Of a stretch of DNA of 47,116 nucleotides, positions 10,103 to 19,178 are shown piece after piece. Positions within the stretch are counted from its first letter, which is position 1. Each line of letters starts with the position of its first letter. The position numbers were made by a program, and so were the translations under genes. The stretch lies in sequence record DRR723986_20427; one strand, given 5' to 3'. The notes below the pieces were generated by a model, which was given only the letters and a program-made list of their open reading frames with translations, had not been told where the DNA came from and did not search any database.

Positions 10103-10951
10103 TTAAATAAAGTTTAAGCAGGAGCCAATCAAAGCGGCCCTTTCACCTAAAACAGATTTCTTTATCGCTACGGGATAACCCATTGTAGCTAAATAAGAAA
10201 TGGTGGTTGGTAAATATAGATCTCCAGCTAGGCTAATCTTCCCTCCCACAACTACACCTTCAGCATGCAAGCGCATCAAATACGGTAATAAAAACTCGCC
10301 TAATGCCCTTCCAAAAGTCTCAAAAATCTGCTTGGAAATCACTGAATCGAAACTCTCATTAAGTAGATCTTTCACACCGGAAATTTCTAAACCATAATGT
10401 TCAAAAGTATAATTCACAAACCACGTAGTCCCCAAATAATCCTCTGCTATTCCATCTCTGAAGGGTGCAGTCCAAAGCATAGCGTCCTTGACTACTTCCT
10501 GAATTTTGATAGCCGAGCCTAGCCCAGTACCCAAAGTGATCCCTATAGAATTTTGAAAATTTCTTCCTGCACCGGCATAACTTTCACCGATCAAAAAAGC
10601 CTCTGCGTCATTTGTGAAGTGAATTTGATCAGCAGAGATCTTAAGACTTTCAGCTAGCAAATCTTTCACCGACATCTGATACAATGAGGACATTTTCCCT
10701 TGATCCTTGATCAAAGAAATCCCTTTTTCATAGTCATATGGACCTGGCATGGCAATACCAACGGTGATATCTTTTGAATAGTCAGCGGCTCTTAAAATCA
10801 CACTGGTCCATTCTCTTATAATTGATTCCTGATCTACATATGTATTCACATCAGCCTCATGAAAATTATGAAAAATCGCATTCCCTTCTTGCAACCCAAC
10901 CTTGGCTGCTGAGATGTGCGAACCACCAATATCCACTCCGATCAATTTCAT
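10103..10951 (-). CDS. ROK family sugar kinase
   Basis: GVDIGGSHI, NDAEAF, TLGTGLGS and AALIG motifs; no HTH; no Cys-Zn motif. Confidence 0.85.
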   Translation of the reverse strand: MKLIGVDIGGSHISAAKVGLQEGNAIFHNFHEADVNTYVDQESIIREWTSVILRAADYSKDITVGIAMPGPYDYEKGISLIKDQGKMSSLYQMSVKDLLAESLKISADQIHFTNDAEAFLIGESYAGAGRNFQNSIGITLGTGLGSAIKIQEVVKDAMLWTAPFRDGIAEDYLGTTWFVNYTFEHYGLEISGVKDLLNESFDSVISKQIFETFGRALGEFLLPYLMRLHAEGVVVGGKISLAGDLYLPTTISYLATMGYPVAIKKSVLGERAALIGSCLNFI

Positions 10952-10996
10952 GGTATAATTAGTCCTAGTAATAAATTCATAAATCTAATTTAAGAC

Positions 10997-11035
10997 AAAA
11001 AGAAAGAGGCCTCGAACCGAATCGAAACCTCTTTC
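10997..11035 (-). terminator. Hairpin/terminator between susD and ROK kinase
   Basis: On -: GAAAGAGGTTTCGA-ttcggt-TCGAGGCCTCTTTC (with G-U pairs) followed by TTTTT. Confidence 0.65.
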
Positions 11036-11059
11036 AAAAATCTAATTAATTATAGGGAA

Positions 11060-12658
11060 TTATTTATCCCACCAAACGGAATTAATCCAGGTATCACCCC
11101 CCATATTAGAAATAGCATTTGCTAAACTTTCTGGGTTGGTAGTACTTTCAGATGCTGGATACAATTGCCTTCTAGGAATTTGACCTGAGGAGAAGTTTCC
11201 TGTATAATTCACAGCACTCAACTCAGGATAGCCAGATCTTTTCCAGTTATTCCATGACTCTACGAAATTAGCTAAAACACCTGTAGTAGCCCAGATTTGA
11301 GTATTAATCATTTTAAGAGAAGCAGCAGCACTACTTGTATCTAAAGGATTTGCAGCAATGTAAGCATCAGCGTCAGCCTCAGAAACTGTTCTACCACCAA
11401 ACTTACCAATGGTAGTCATGGCGCCTTCTAATCCAGCAGCATAGTAAGAAGATGCTGTCCCTGAAACTGAAAAACCTCTTGCTGCTGCATCAGCTAGCAA
11501 AAACTGAGTTTCAGCATAAGTAAGGATAAACACCGGTGCATTTCTATCTCTATATATGGCTGTAGGTCTAGAATATGCGCCAATTGGAGCAACATCACCA
11601 CCGGTCCCAGTTGGTCCAGGATACTTCGCGTATTTAGTAATATCCTCAGCACCACCTTTCAAATCGTAACCATTTGGTAAGCCAATTTGAACACTAGGGT
11701 CACTATTTCCAACAATACTTCCGTTACGATTAGCAGAAAGTCCAGCTGGCGGTACTTCCGCAATTATTGATAAACGTGGATCATTGTTTGACTTTAAGAA
11801 GTCGATCAACTTTTCTGACCAACGAACTTCATATACATCATCAGTTACATTCAAAGCATTTGCGCTTGAATTAGCATAGCCATTATTCTGATCTGAAACT
11901 AAAACTGCTTCATCAGCAGGAGAAGCAAAGACACCACCAGCAATAGCTTTTTGAACATAAGACTGTGCAGTAGAAGGATCTACATCCACTAACCGCATTG
12001 CCATTCTAAGCATAATTGAATACCCCAGTTTCTTCCATTTCGTCAAATCACCTCCATAGAGAACATCATTTTTGATTGGATCACCAGAAGTATTAATAGA
12101 GGAAAGAGCCCCTTCTAAGTCAGCAAGCATAGCCATGTAAGCTTCGGACTGAGAATCGTATTTAGGCTGAGTGATTCCAGCTTCTGCCATTAGTGCTTCG
12201 CTATAAGGAATATCACCATAAACATCAGTCACGAACGAAAGCGTAAGGACTTTCCAAATTTCTCCTACAGCTACTAAATTCGTGAACCCTTTTGTCTCTG
12301 CTAGAGATTGCATTTGGTAAGCTCTAGAAGCAGCAGCGAATCCATCATTCCATACACTTTGTATGTAACTATTTGTACTTCCAGATGCTACATATTTATC
12401 AGCATTTGAGTAATAGTTAGCCCCACCTGTCGATGTAGATGCCATTATTTGTACCCACATACTTTGGAAAAGGATGGCTCCTGTATAACCCGTCATCATA
12501 TTACTGTAGTTATACTGAACTGTAGGTAAAATCAAGTTAGGGTCAAAAACACTACCATCCGCGCGGTTTGGATCCGTGTTAATATCGGCAAAGTCACCGT
12601 CACAGCTTGATACGGCTAATAAAATACCCGTAAGAAATATGCTTATATATTTTTTCAT
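11060..12658 (-). CDS. susD: SusD/RagB family lipoprotein
   Basis: Lipobox VSSC; TDVYGDIPYSEA motif; C-terminal IPRRQLYP...VWWDK; directly downstream of susC. Confidence 0.92.
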   Translation of the reverse strand: MKKYISIFLTGILLAVSSCDGDFADINTDPNRADGSVFDPNLILPTVQYNYSNMMTGYTGAILFQSMWVQIMASTSTGGANYYSNADKYVASGSTNSYIQSVWNDGFAAASRAYQMQSLAETKGFTNLVAVGEIWKVLTLSFVTDVYGDIPYSEALMAEAGITQPKYDSQSEAYMAMLADLEGALSSINTSGDPIKNDVLYGGDLTKWKKLGYSIMLRMAMRLVDVDPSTAQSYVQKAIAGGVFASPADEAVLVSDQNNGYANSSANALNVTDDVYEVRWSEKLIDFLKSNNDPRLSIIAEVPPAGLSANRNGSIVGNSDPSVQIGLPNGYDLKGGAEDITKYAKYPGPTGTGGDVAPIGAYSRPTAIYRDRNAPVFILTYAETQFLLADAAARGFSVSGTASSYYAAGLEGAMTTIGKFGGRTVSEADADAYIAANPLDTSSAAASLKMINTQIWATTGVLANFVESWNNWKRSGYPELSAVNYTGNFSSGQIPRRQLYPASESTTNPESLANAISNMGGDTWINSVWWDK

Positions 12659-12659
12659 A

Positions 12660-15600
12660 TTAGTTCAATTTGAAATTAAGGTTAAAACCAAAAGATCTAG
12701 TGCTCGGAAGGTTACCACCCTCAATACCAGTGTAGTTAATATTTGAACCGAAGTTAGCTTCAGGGTCAATATTCTTAGCTTTACGCATTAAGAAAGCAAG
12801 GTTTCTTCCAACTAGGGAAGCACTCAATCCTTTCAATACTGGGACATTTCCAAACCATTTCGCTGGGAAAGTGTAACCTAGGGTCAACTGTCTCAACTTG
12901 ATGAAATCACCATCAACAACACTTGTACTTGTTACATTCTGTGCCAAAGCTTGGTAATAGGCTTGAGCAGGAGCAGTCACTCCTCCATTAGTCACACCTG
13001 ACTCTCTTCCTTCAAGAGTAATTTGGTTAAGGCCTCTGAAAATCGAGTAAAATTCAGTTGCAGAAAGCACTTTGTTACCGTAGTTATAATCTATCAAGAA
13101 AGAGAATGAAACACCTTTGTAGTTAAATTCGTTATTCCATCCACCGTAAAGAGTTGGCAATACAGAGCCCATATTGATCAATTCTCCACGAACTGGAAGT
13201 CCAGCCTCGCTCACCATGATGCTTCCATCAGCATTGTATGCATAGTCATATGCTCTAATCTGAGGGCCAGCTTCACCTACTACATACGAAGTAATGGCAT
13301 TTCCAAGAGTACCCCTGTTTTGACCTAAGTTGATAGGGTTGTTATTTGGATCAGTACTTAGTATTTCACTCTTAACATTTGATAAGTTGAATGATGTCTT
13401 CCACTGAAAGTTAGAAGTCTGAACAGGTACACCTGTTACCAAAACTTCCAAGCCTTTGTTACTAGTAGAACCAGTCGCAACTACTGAGCTATTGAAACCT
13501 GAAGTAATACTTAGGTTGGCATTCATAATTTCATTGTGCGTTTCCTTCTCATAATAAGCAATATCAAAACCTAAACGGTTGTTGAAAAAGCTCAGATCAA
13601 CACCCAATTCTAATTCACTGGTAGTGAACGGCTTGAGGTTCAGGTTTGGAAGAGCAGTTGGAGAAGATCCAGCAGGAACTCCGTTATAAGAGTTTGCAGA
13701 ATTGTAGTAGAATGTACTTTGGTAAGCATCAAATGGCTCACCACTAGTCACAGCGTAAGACGCTCTAACTTTACCAAAATCCAAAGCCGGCATATCGATC
13801 AACTGATCAAAAACAAATGCAGCTGCTACTGATGGTGAGAAAATACTATTGTTAGAGGTAGGCAACGTACTATAAACATCATATCTACCTGTAGTTGTCA
13901 ATGTCAGGATATTATTATATCCGATACCAACTGAATAGTAAGCCGATTGAACTTCTCTTTCATTGTAAGAATAGGATCTGTTGAATGCCTCAACATTAAA
14001 TGGAGAATACAAATAAGGGATTACAAATCTACTTCCGCCTACTCCTACTGACTCAAATTTGTTATTTCTTCTATTTGCACCAGCTAATAAATCTAGATTT
14101 AATTTGCTTGTTAAATCAAAATTAGCACCTAAAATACCGTCGATGTTTGTTTCAGTTCTTGATGACTGACCTCTACCATTTAAACCTCCTTGAAGGTTTG
14201 CAGAATAAGCAAGTCCAGATGGATCTACACCAAAAAAGTCATCGTTAGATGCATCATTACCAAAGCGTATCATCGCGTATATATCCTTAGTAAAGCTATA
14301 TTTAGTTGATATGGCAGATATAGTACGCTTCCTTCCGATATCATTGACACCTTGGTTTGCAATAAAATAGGGGTTAGTCACATAGATATCATCACTAAAT
14401 ACCGTCTCAGCACCTGTTTCAGGATCAAAGCCTGGAGCAAAAATACTCTGTCTAATATTTGGTGCAAGAAGTAAGAAGTTGTTAGGATTCTTAGGACCAT
14501 CACTTAGATTAGGCACATTGGTAGATTTCTGATCAGTGTAATTGATCATGGCAGTCACATTAAACTTTTCAGTAATGTTTTGCTCAACGTTCAAGTTCAA
14601 TGATAGTCTATCTACTCCACTATTAGGGACAATTGATTTAGCATCAAGATTCGAAGCGGACATTCTGAAAGATCCATCTTTACCTAGTCCTTTGGAAATA
14701 GATACTGTATTGGTAAAGTTTGTACCTGTTCTGTAGAAGTCAATATAACGATCATTAGAAGGAGAATATGGATATTGATTTCCATCAAAACCTATTACTT
14801 GGCTTCCATCCATTTTAGCACCCCAGGCCAGACGGCCAGAAGTCTGAGCGTCAACAGCCGTAGTTGGCTTCAATCCTCCAACTCCTTGACCATAAACTTC
14901 CTGGAAATCTGTGAAATCCACTGGATTTTCAGCCATTACGTTCATAGTATAGGTTAGAGACCAGTCGTCACCCTTGGACCCTTTCTTTGTAGTAATCAAA
15001 ATAACGCCGTTTGAAGCTCTGGAACCATAAAGTGCAGATGCAGCTTGACCTTTCAACACAGTCATTGTCTCGATGTCATCAGGGCTAAGGTTACCAATAC
15101 CGTCACCACCATCTGCTCCACCCCATTGTCCAGCCGAACCTCTTTGGGTATTATCCATTGGGATACCATTGATCACATATAAAGGAGATCCAGTACCACT
15201 GATACTTGGTAGGCCTCTCAATGTGATTTTGGATGTTCCACCAGGACCACTATTGGTCCCTTTTACAACTAAACCAGCTACTCGGCCTGCAAGGGAGTTA
15301 GCCACGTTTGTTTCGCGCGCAGTGGTCAATGCCTCACTACCTACTTGTGTAACAGAATAACCGAGAGTTTCCTTGTCCTTGCTAATACCCAAGGCGGTAA
15401 CAACCACCTCAGATAATTCACTTGCATCTTCAGCCAGAACAACGTCCAATTCAGTCAAATTACCCACTGGAAATTCTTTCGAAGCATATCCAATGAAGGA
15501 AAAAACTAGAACTGAACTAGGACTTACAGAGATTGAATACTCACCATCTATATTCGTGGTGGTCCCTGTCTGATTACTTTTATCCAGGATAGTGACCCCT

Positions 15601-15725
15601 GGCATAGGCAAGCCGTCCGTCGATGCGGTAACGACGCCTTTCAGCACCCTCGTCTGAGCTTGCACATTAGCCATTAGGCCAATGGTCAGAACAAGTGCTA
15701 AAGCAATTGATAGAATTTTTTTCAT
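12660..15725 (-). CDS. susC: SusC/RagA TonB-dependent transporter
   Basis: EVVVTALG; plug motif LKGQAASALYGSRASNGVILITTKKG; C-terminal PSTRSFGFNLNFKL. Confidence 0.95.
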   Translation of the reverse strand: MKKILSIALALVLTIGLMANVQAQTRVLKGVVTASTDGLPMPGVTILDKSNQTGTTTNIDGEYSISVSPSSVLVFSFIGYASKEFPVGNLTELDVVLAEDASELSEVVVTALGISKDKETLGYSVTQVGSEALTTARETNVANSLAGRVAGLVVKGTNSGPGGTSKITLRGLPSISGTGSPLYVINGIPMDNTQRGSAGQWGGADGGDGIGNLSPDDIETMTVLKGQAASALYGSRASNGVILITTKKGSKGDDWSLTYTMNVMAENPVDFTDFQEVYGQGVGGLKPTTAVDAQTSGRLAWGAKMDGSQVIGFDGNQYPYSPSNDRYIDFYRTGTNFTNTVSISKGLGKDGSFRMSASNLDAKSIVPNSGVDRLSLNLNVEQNITEKFNVTAMINYTDQKSTNVPNLSDGPKNPNNFLLLAPNIRQSIFAPGFDPETGAETVFSDDIYVTNPYFIANQGVNDIGRKRTISAISTKYSFTKDIYAMIRFGNDASNDDFFGVDPSGLAYSANLQGGLNGRGQSSRTETNIDGILGANFDLTSKLNLDLLAGANRRNNKFESVGVGGSRFVIPYLYSPFNVEAFNRSYSYNEREVQSAYYSVGIGYNNILTLTTTGRYDVYSTLPTSNNSIFSPSVAAAFVFDQLIDMPALDFGKVRASYAVTSGEPFDAYQSTFYYNSANSYNGVPAGSSPTALPNLNLKPFTTSELELGVDLSFFNNRLGFDIAYYEKETHNEIMNANLSITSGFNSSVVATGSTSNKGLEVLVTGVPVQTSNFQWKTSFNLSNVKSEILSTDPNNNPINLGQNRGTLGNAITSYVVGEAGPQIRAYDYAYNADGSIMVSEAGLPVRGELINMGSVLPTLYGGWNNEFNYKGVSFSFLIDYNYGNKVLSATEFYSIFRGLNQITLEGRESGVTNGGVTAPAQAYYQALAQNVTSTSVVDGDFIKLRQLTLGYTFPAKWFGNVPVLKGLSASLVGRNLAFLMRKAKNIDPEANFGSNINYTGIEGGNLPSTRSFGFNLNFKLN

Positions 15726-15891
15726 AGTTTGAAAATAGTTGTTAGAAATAAAATGATTTTACTAATCGTGCACCACACACCTCTGCGCACTAGAGGACCA
15801 TTCATTCACAATAATTTAGTTTGGTTGGATAATAAAACACGTTTGATAATCTCTCATATTTTTTTTGATGAGGTTAATTATCTACAGTTCC

Positions 15892-15920
15892 TAAAGCTAA
15901 AAAAAACAACTATCTATCAA
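15892..15920 (-). promoter_or_regulatory. Candidate primary-sigma promoter of susC
   Basis: On -: TTG (15918-15920), 18 nt spacer, TAGCTTTA (one mismatch to TAnnTTTG). Confidence 0.4.
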
Positions 15921-16209
15921 AAACTTTAAAGTATTTTTTCTCTAAATATACAGTCACTTAGCAAAAAAAATTTATAAAGTAACCCCCTATTTCGATTATT
16001 TGGACTAATGCCCTAATTATTAGGACATATTTATAGCATCATGTCAAAAGATTTTAATTATGTACACGAGCAAGACAAGAAAATTCCAAAAACGCCATTT
16101 TTAACAGTTTCAGGCTACTCTGCATTTCGAATAATAAATAATGCGGTAGATCTGCAATCAGAATATTTGCAGGATCTAATATTTAACAATATAAATTTCT
16201 AACTATTAC

Positions 16210-16240
16210 AAAAAAGGCCTCTCAAAATTATGAGAGGCCT
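16210..16240 (-). terminator. Intrinsic terminator downstream of susD relic
   Basis: AGGCCTCTCA-aaatta-TGAGAGGCCT perfect 10-bp stem with T-run on -. Confidence 0.75.
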
Positions 16241-16267
16241 ATGGCTAGTTAAAAACCCAAAGAATTA

Positions 16268-16540
16268 CTAATTCATATCCCAGAAAATTGTATTGGTCAA
16301 CTTATCTTCTGGCTGTACCACTGAGTAGTTTTCCATGTTATAAGACTGTGCAGATCCTGCATACATCCATCTTGAAGGCGGGAGGTTCTGCTAATTAGAG
16401 TTATCTGCCCAGAAATCAAAATCTATTTCCCCTAGTCTTTTAATTTCAGTCCAACTTTCATTTGACTGTACTACATTGAAGAGCAAGCACTTTGGCTCTG
16501 CAATCAAGGTTAGCTTTTCGTTCACTCCTGAACCTGCATC
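16268..16540 (-). pseudogene. 3' remnant of a susD-family gene with internal stop
   Basis: Reading through TAG at 16391-16393 gives KLTLIAEPKCLLFNVVQSNESWTEIKRLG...DNSN*QNLPPSRWMYAGSAQSYNMENYSVVQPEDKLTNTIFWDMN*, a SusD-like C-terminus; 5' boundary approximate. Confidence 0.75.
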
Positions 16541-16731
16541 CCTAAATATCTCATCCATTGCTTGACTGCAAAAATTAATTTTCTCTAACCACAATACATA
16601 TGTTCTTTTTTTTAACAATCCCTCCATGTAGAATCAAACTAATACATCAAACCATGTATTTAACTTATTAATTGTCACAAAATTTTGTTTGTGAATCTAT
16701 GAATTGACTGAACTCTCAAATAATACAGACC

Positions 16732-16761
16732 AAAAAAAAGCCGTCCCTTTCGGAACGGCTT
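16732..16761 (-). terminator. Intrinsic terminator of glutamine synthetase gene
   Basis: AAGCCGT...ACGGCTT stem with T-run on -, about 20 nt after the stop. Confidence 0.75.
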
Positions 16762-16783
16762 TGATTAGTAGTTAAAGAAAAAC

Positions 16784-18946
16784 CTATCTAAGAAAAAGCA
16801 TTTCTCTGTACTTCACTAATGGCCATGACTCATCATCTACCAAAAGCTCAAGTTTATCAACCGCATATCGGATTTTGTCAAAGTAGGCTTCTTTGACATC
16901 AACCTGATATCCTTTGGCCATTTTTACAATATCAGTCTCCTTGTTCAGCTTCTTACGTGCTTCTACCATCGCTGTTATATTTGACTTCAAAGACTCTATA
17001 TGCTTGGAAACCTCTTTGATCGTTTCTACTGCAGCTGTGTTATCCAAACCTAGTCCTTTAAGACCATTTGCGTTTTGGATGATTTTATTTTGGTAAAGAA
17101 TTGCTGTAGGGATGATATGGTTCAATGCAAGATCCCCCATCACACGGCCTTCGATCTGAATCTTTTTCATGAAGCTTTCCAACATGATTTCGTGACGTGC
17201 ATGAACCTCGATTCCGTTCATTACATTATGTCTTTCGAAAAGCTCCTTGGTGGCTTTAGTAGAATAAACATCCAAAGCCAATGGCGTAGACTTCAAGTTA
17301 GACAACCCTCTTTTCTTAGCTTCAGCTGCCCACTCATCAGAGTAGCCATCACCTTCGAATCTTACTTTCTTGCTATCCTTGATGTATTTTCTCAATACGT
17401 TAACGATCGCAATTTTCTTCTCCTTACCTGCGCTCATCTCTTTCTCGATGTCTTTTGCCATTTCTGCCAATACATCTGCGACGATCACATTAAGTACTGT
17501 CATCGGACCAGCCACATTTGCCTGAGAACCTACAGCACGGAATTCGAATTTGTTACCTGTGAAAGCAAAAGGAGAAGTTCTGTTTCTATCAGTATTGTCA
17601 AGGATGATTTCAGGAATCTTAGAAATACCCAATTTCATATACATGTTGTCGCCCTTCTCGATTTTGATGTTCCCATTTTTCTCGAGCTCATCCAACACTT
17701 CTGTAAGAGTAGCACCTAGGAAAACAGAGATAATGGCTGGAGGAGCTTCGTTAGCACCAAGACGGTGATCATTACCTGCAGAAGCTATACTCGCTCTCAA
17801 TAGATCAGAGTGATCGTAAACCGCTTTGATTGTAGCTACTAAGAAAGTTAAGAACTGAAGATTTTCTCTAGCAGAATTACTCGGTTGGAAAAGGTTAACT
17901 CCAGTATCAGTAATCAAAGACCAGTTGTTGTGTTTACCACTACCGTTTACACCTGCAAATGGCTTCTCATGAAGAAGAACTTTCAAATCATGTCTCTCAG
18001 CTACTTTCTCCATCACATCCATCAACAATTGATTGTGATCGGTCGCTTTATTGATTTCTTCAAACAAAGGAGCAACTTCGAATTGACCTGGAGCAACTTC
18101 GTTATGACGAGTCATCACTGGAATACCCAGTTTCAGAGCTTCATTTTCGAAATCGACCATGAAGTCCTTTACTCTTGTAGGAATAGATCCAAAATAGTGA
18201 TCGTCTAATTGCTGACCTCTAGCTGGGCTATGTCCGTACACAGTTCTGCCGCCCATTACCAAATCCGGTCTTGCTGCAAAAAGAGCTTTATCTATCACAA
18301 AATATTCTTGCTCAACACCTAGAGAAGGCTGTACTTTTCTCACGTTTCTGTCAAACAATTGGCAGATAGCTACTGCTGCATCATTGATTGCCTCAATAGA
18401 CTTCAATAGAGGCGTTTTGTAATCCAATGCTTCCCCAGTGTAAGACACAAAGATTGTTGGAATACAAAGCGTATTTTCGAAGATGAAAATCGGAGAAGTA
18501 GGATCCCAGGCTGTATATCCTCTAGCTTCAAAAGTTGAGCGAATACCTCCATTCGGGAAAGAAGATGCATCTGGCTCCTGCTGAACTAGGGCAGATCCTT
18601 TAAATTTCTCAAGACCTCCTAAGGCATCGAAAAAGGAATCATGCTTCTCAGCGGTGGAACCAGTAAGTGGCTGAAACCAGTGTGTATAATGTGTAACACC
18701 TTTGGACAAGGCCCAAGTTTTTACTGCTGATGCTACTTCTTCTGCAGTAGCAGCATCAATCTTGGTTCCTTTGTCGATTGCTTCCATTACTCTCTTGTAA
18801 GCTGAAGGTGCCAAAGACACTTTCATTTGAGCAGTTCCAAAGGTATTGGTACCAAAAAAGTCTGAGATTTTAGAGGATGGTGCTTTTACAGCTACGCGCT
18901 GTCTAGTCTGCACCATTGCTAAGGCTTGTTGTCTGAGTGTTGCCAT
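16784..18946 (-). CDS. glnA: Glutamine synthetase type III
   Basis: THYTHWFQPLTG.TAEKHD, EPDASSFP, HNEVAPGQFE, NGSGKHNNWS and TGNKFEFRAVG motifs; start at MATLRQQ. Confidence 0.95.
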   Translation of the reverse strand: MATLRQQALAMVQTRQRVAVKAPSSKISDFFGTNTFGTAQMKVSLAPSAYKRVMEAIDKGTKIDAATAEEVASAVKTWALSKGVTHYTHWFQPLTGSTAEKHDSFFDALGGLEKFKGSALVQQEPDASSFPNGGIRSTFEARGYTAWDPTSPIFIFENTLCIPTIFVSYTGEALDYKTPLLKSIEAINDAAVAICQLFDRNVRKVQPSLGVEQEYFVIDKALFAARPDLVMGGRTVYGHSPARGQQLDDHYFGSIPTRVKDFMVDFENEALKLGIPVMTRHNEVAPGQFEVAPLFEEINKATDHNQLLMDVMEKVAERHDLKVLLHEKPFAGVNGSGKHNNWSLITDTGVNLFQPSNSARENLQFLTFLVATIKAVYDHSDLLRASIASAGNDHRLGANEAPPAIISVFLGATLTEVLDELEKNGNIKIEKGDNMYMKLGISKIPEIILDNTDRNRTSPFAFTGNKFEFRAVGSQANVAGPMTVLNVIVADVLAEMAKDIEKEMSAGKEKKIAIVNVLRKYIKDSKKVRFEGDGYSDEWAAEAKKRGLSNLKSTPLALDVYSTKATKELFERHNVMNGIEVHARHEIMLESFMKKIQIEGRVMGDLALNHIIPTAILYQNKIIQNANGLKGLGLDNTAAVETIKEVSKHIESLKSNITAMVEARKKLNKETDIVKMAKGYQVDVKEAYFDKIRYAVDKLELLVDDESWPLVKYREMLFLR

Positions 18947-18977
18947 TTCTACAATATGTGGTTTAAAATTATACACA

Positions 18978-18985
18978 CAAAAATA
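18978..18985 (-). promoter_or_regulatory. Primary-sigma -7 element for glnA
   Basis: TATTTTTG on -, about 32 nt upstream of ATG 18946. Confidence 0.55.
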
Positions 18986-19123
18986 GAAAAATATGTATAT
19001 GAAATCTCTTCTGACTGATTTTTGACCTCATTTTTCGAAAAAATTACACTTTTTTCAATAAATCGTGACTAAAAGACACCATTTTCGGTAAAAACCTGTG
19101 AATTATCTCTAAAAATTGGAGAA

Positions 19124-19153
19124 TTGAAAACAAGCGAAGATTAATTACCTTTG
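19124..19153 (+). promoter_or_regulatory. Primary-sigma promoter of mtaB
   Basis: TTG-N19-TACCTTTG, matching the Bacteroidota -33/-7 consensus. Confidence 0.7.
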
Positions 19154-19178
19154 CAATCTCATTGTCAGAAGCGTAATT

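Noticed and set aside
15729-15929. 66-aa ORF on + strand
   Set aside because: Overlaps the susC leader and promoter on the opposite strand; no recognisable motif
17075-18208. Antisense ORFs of 214 and 107 aa within glnA (and similar shadows in glgB, ku and susC)
   Set aside because: Opposite-strand shadows of well-supported genes
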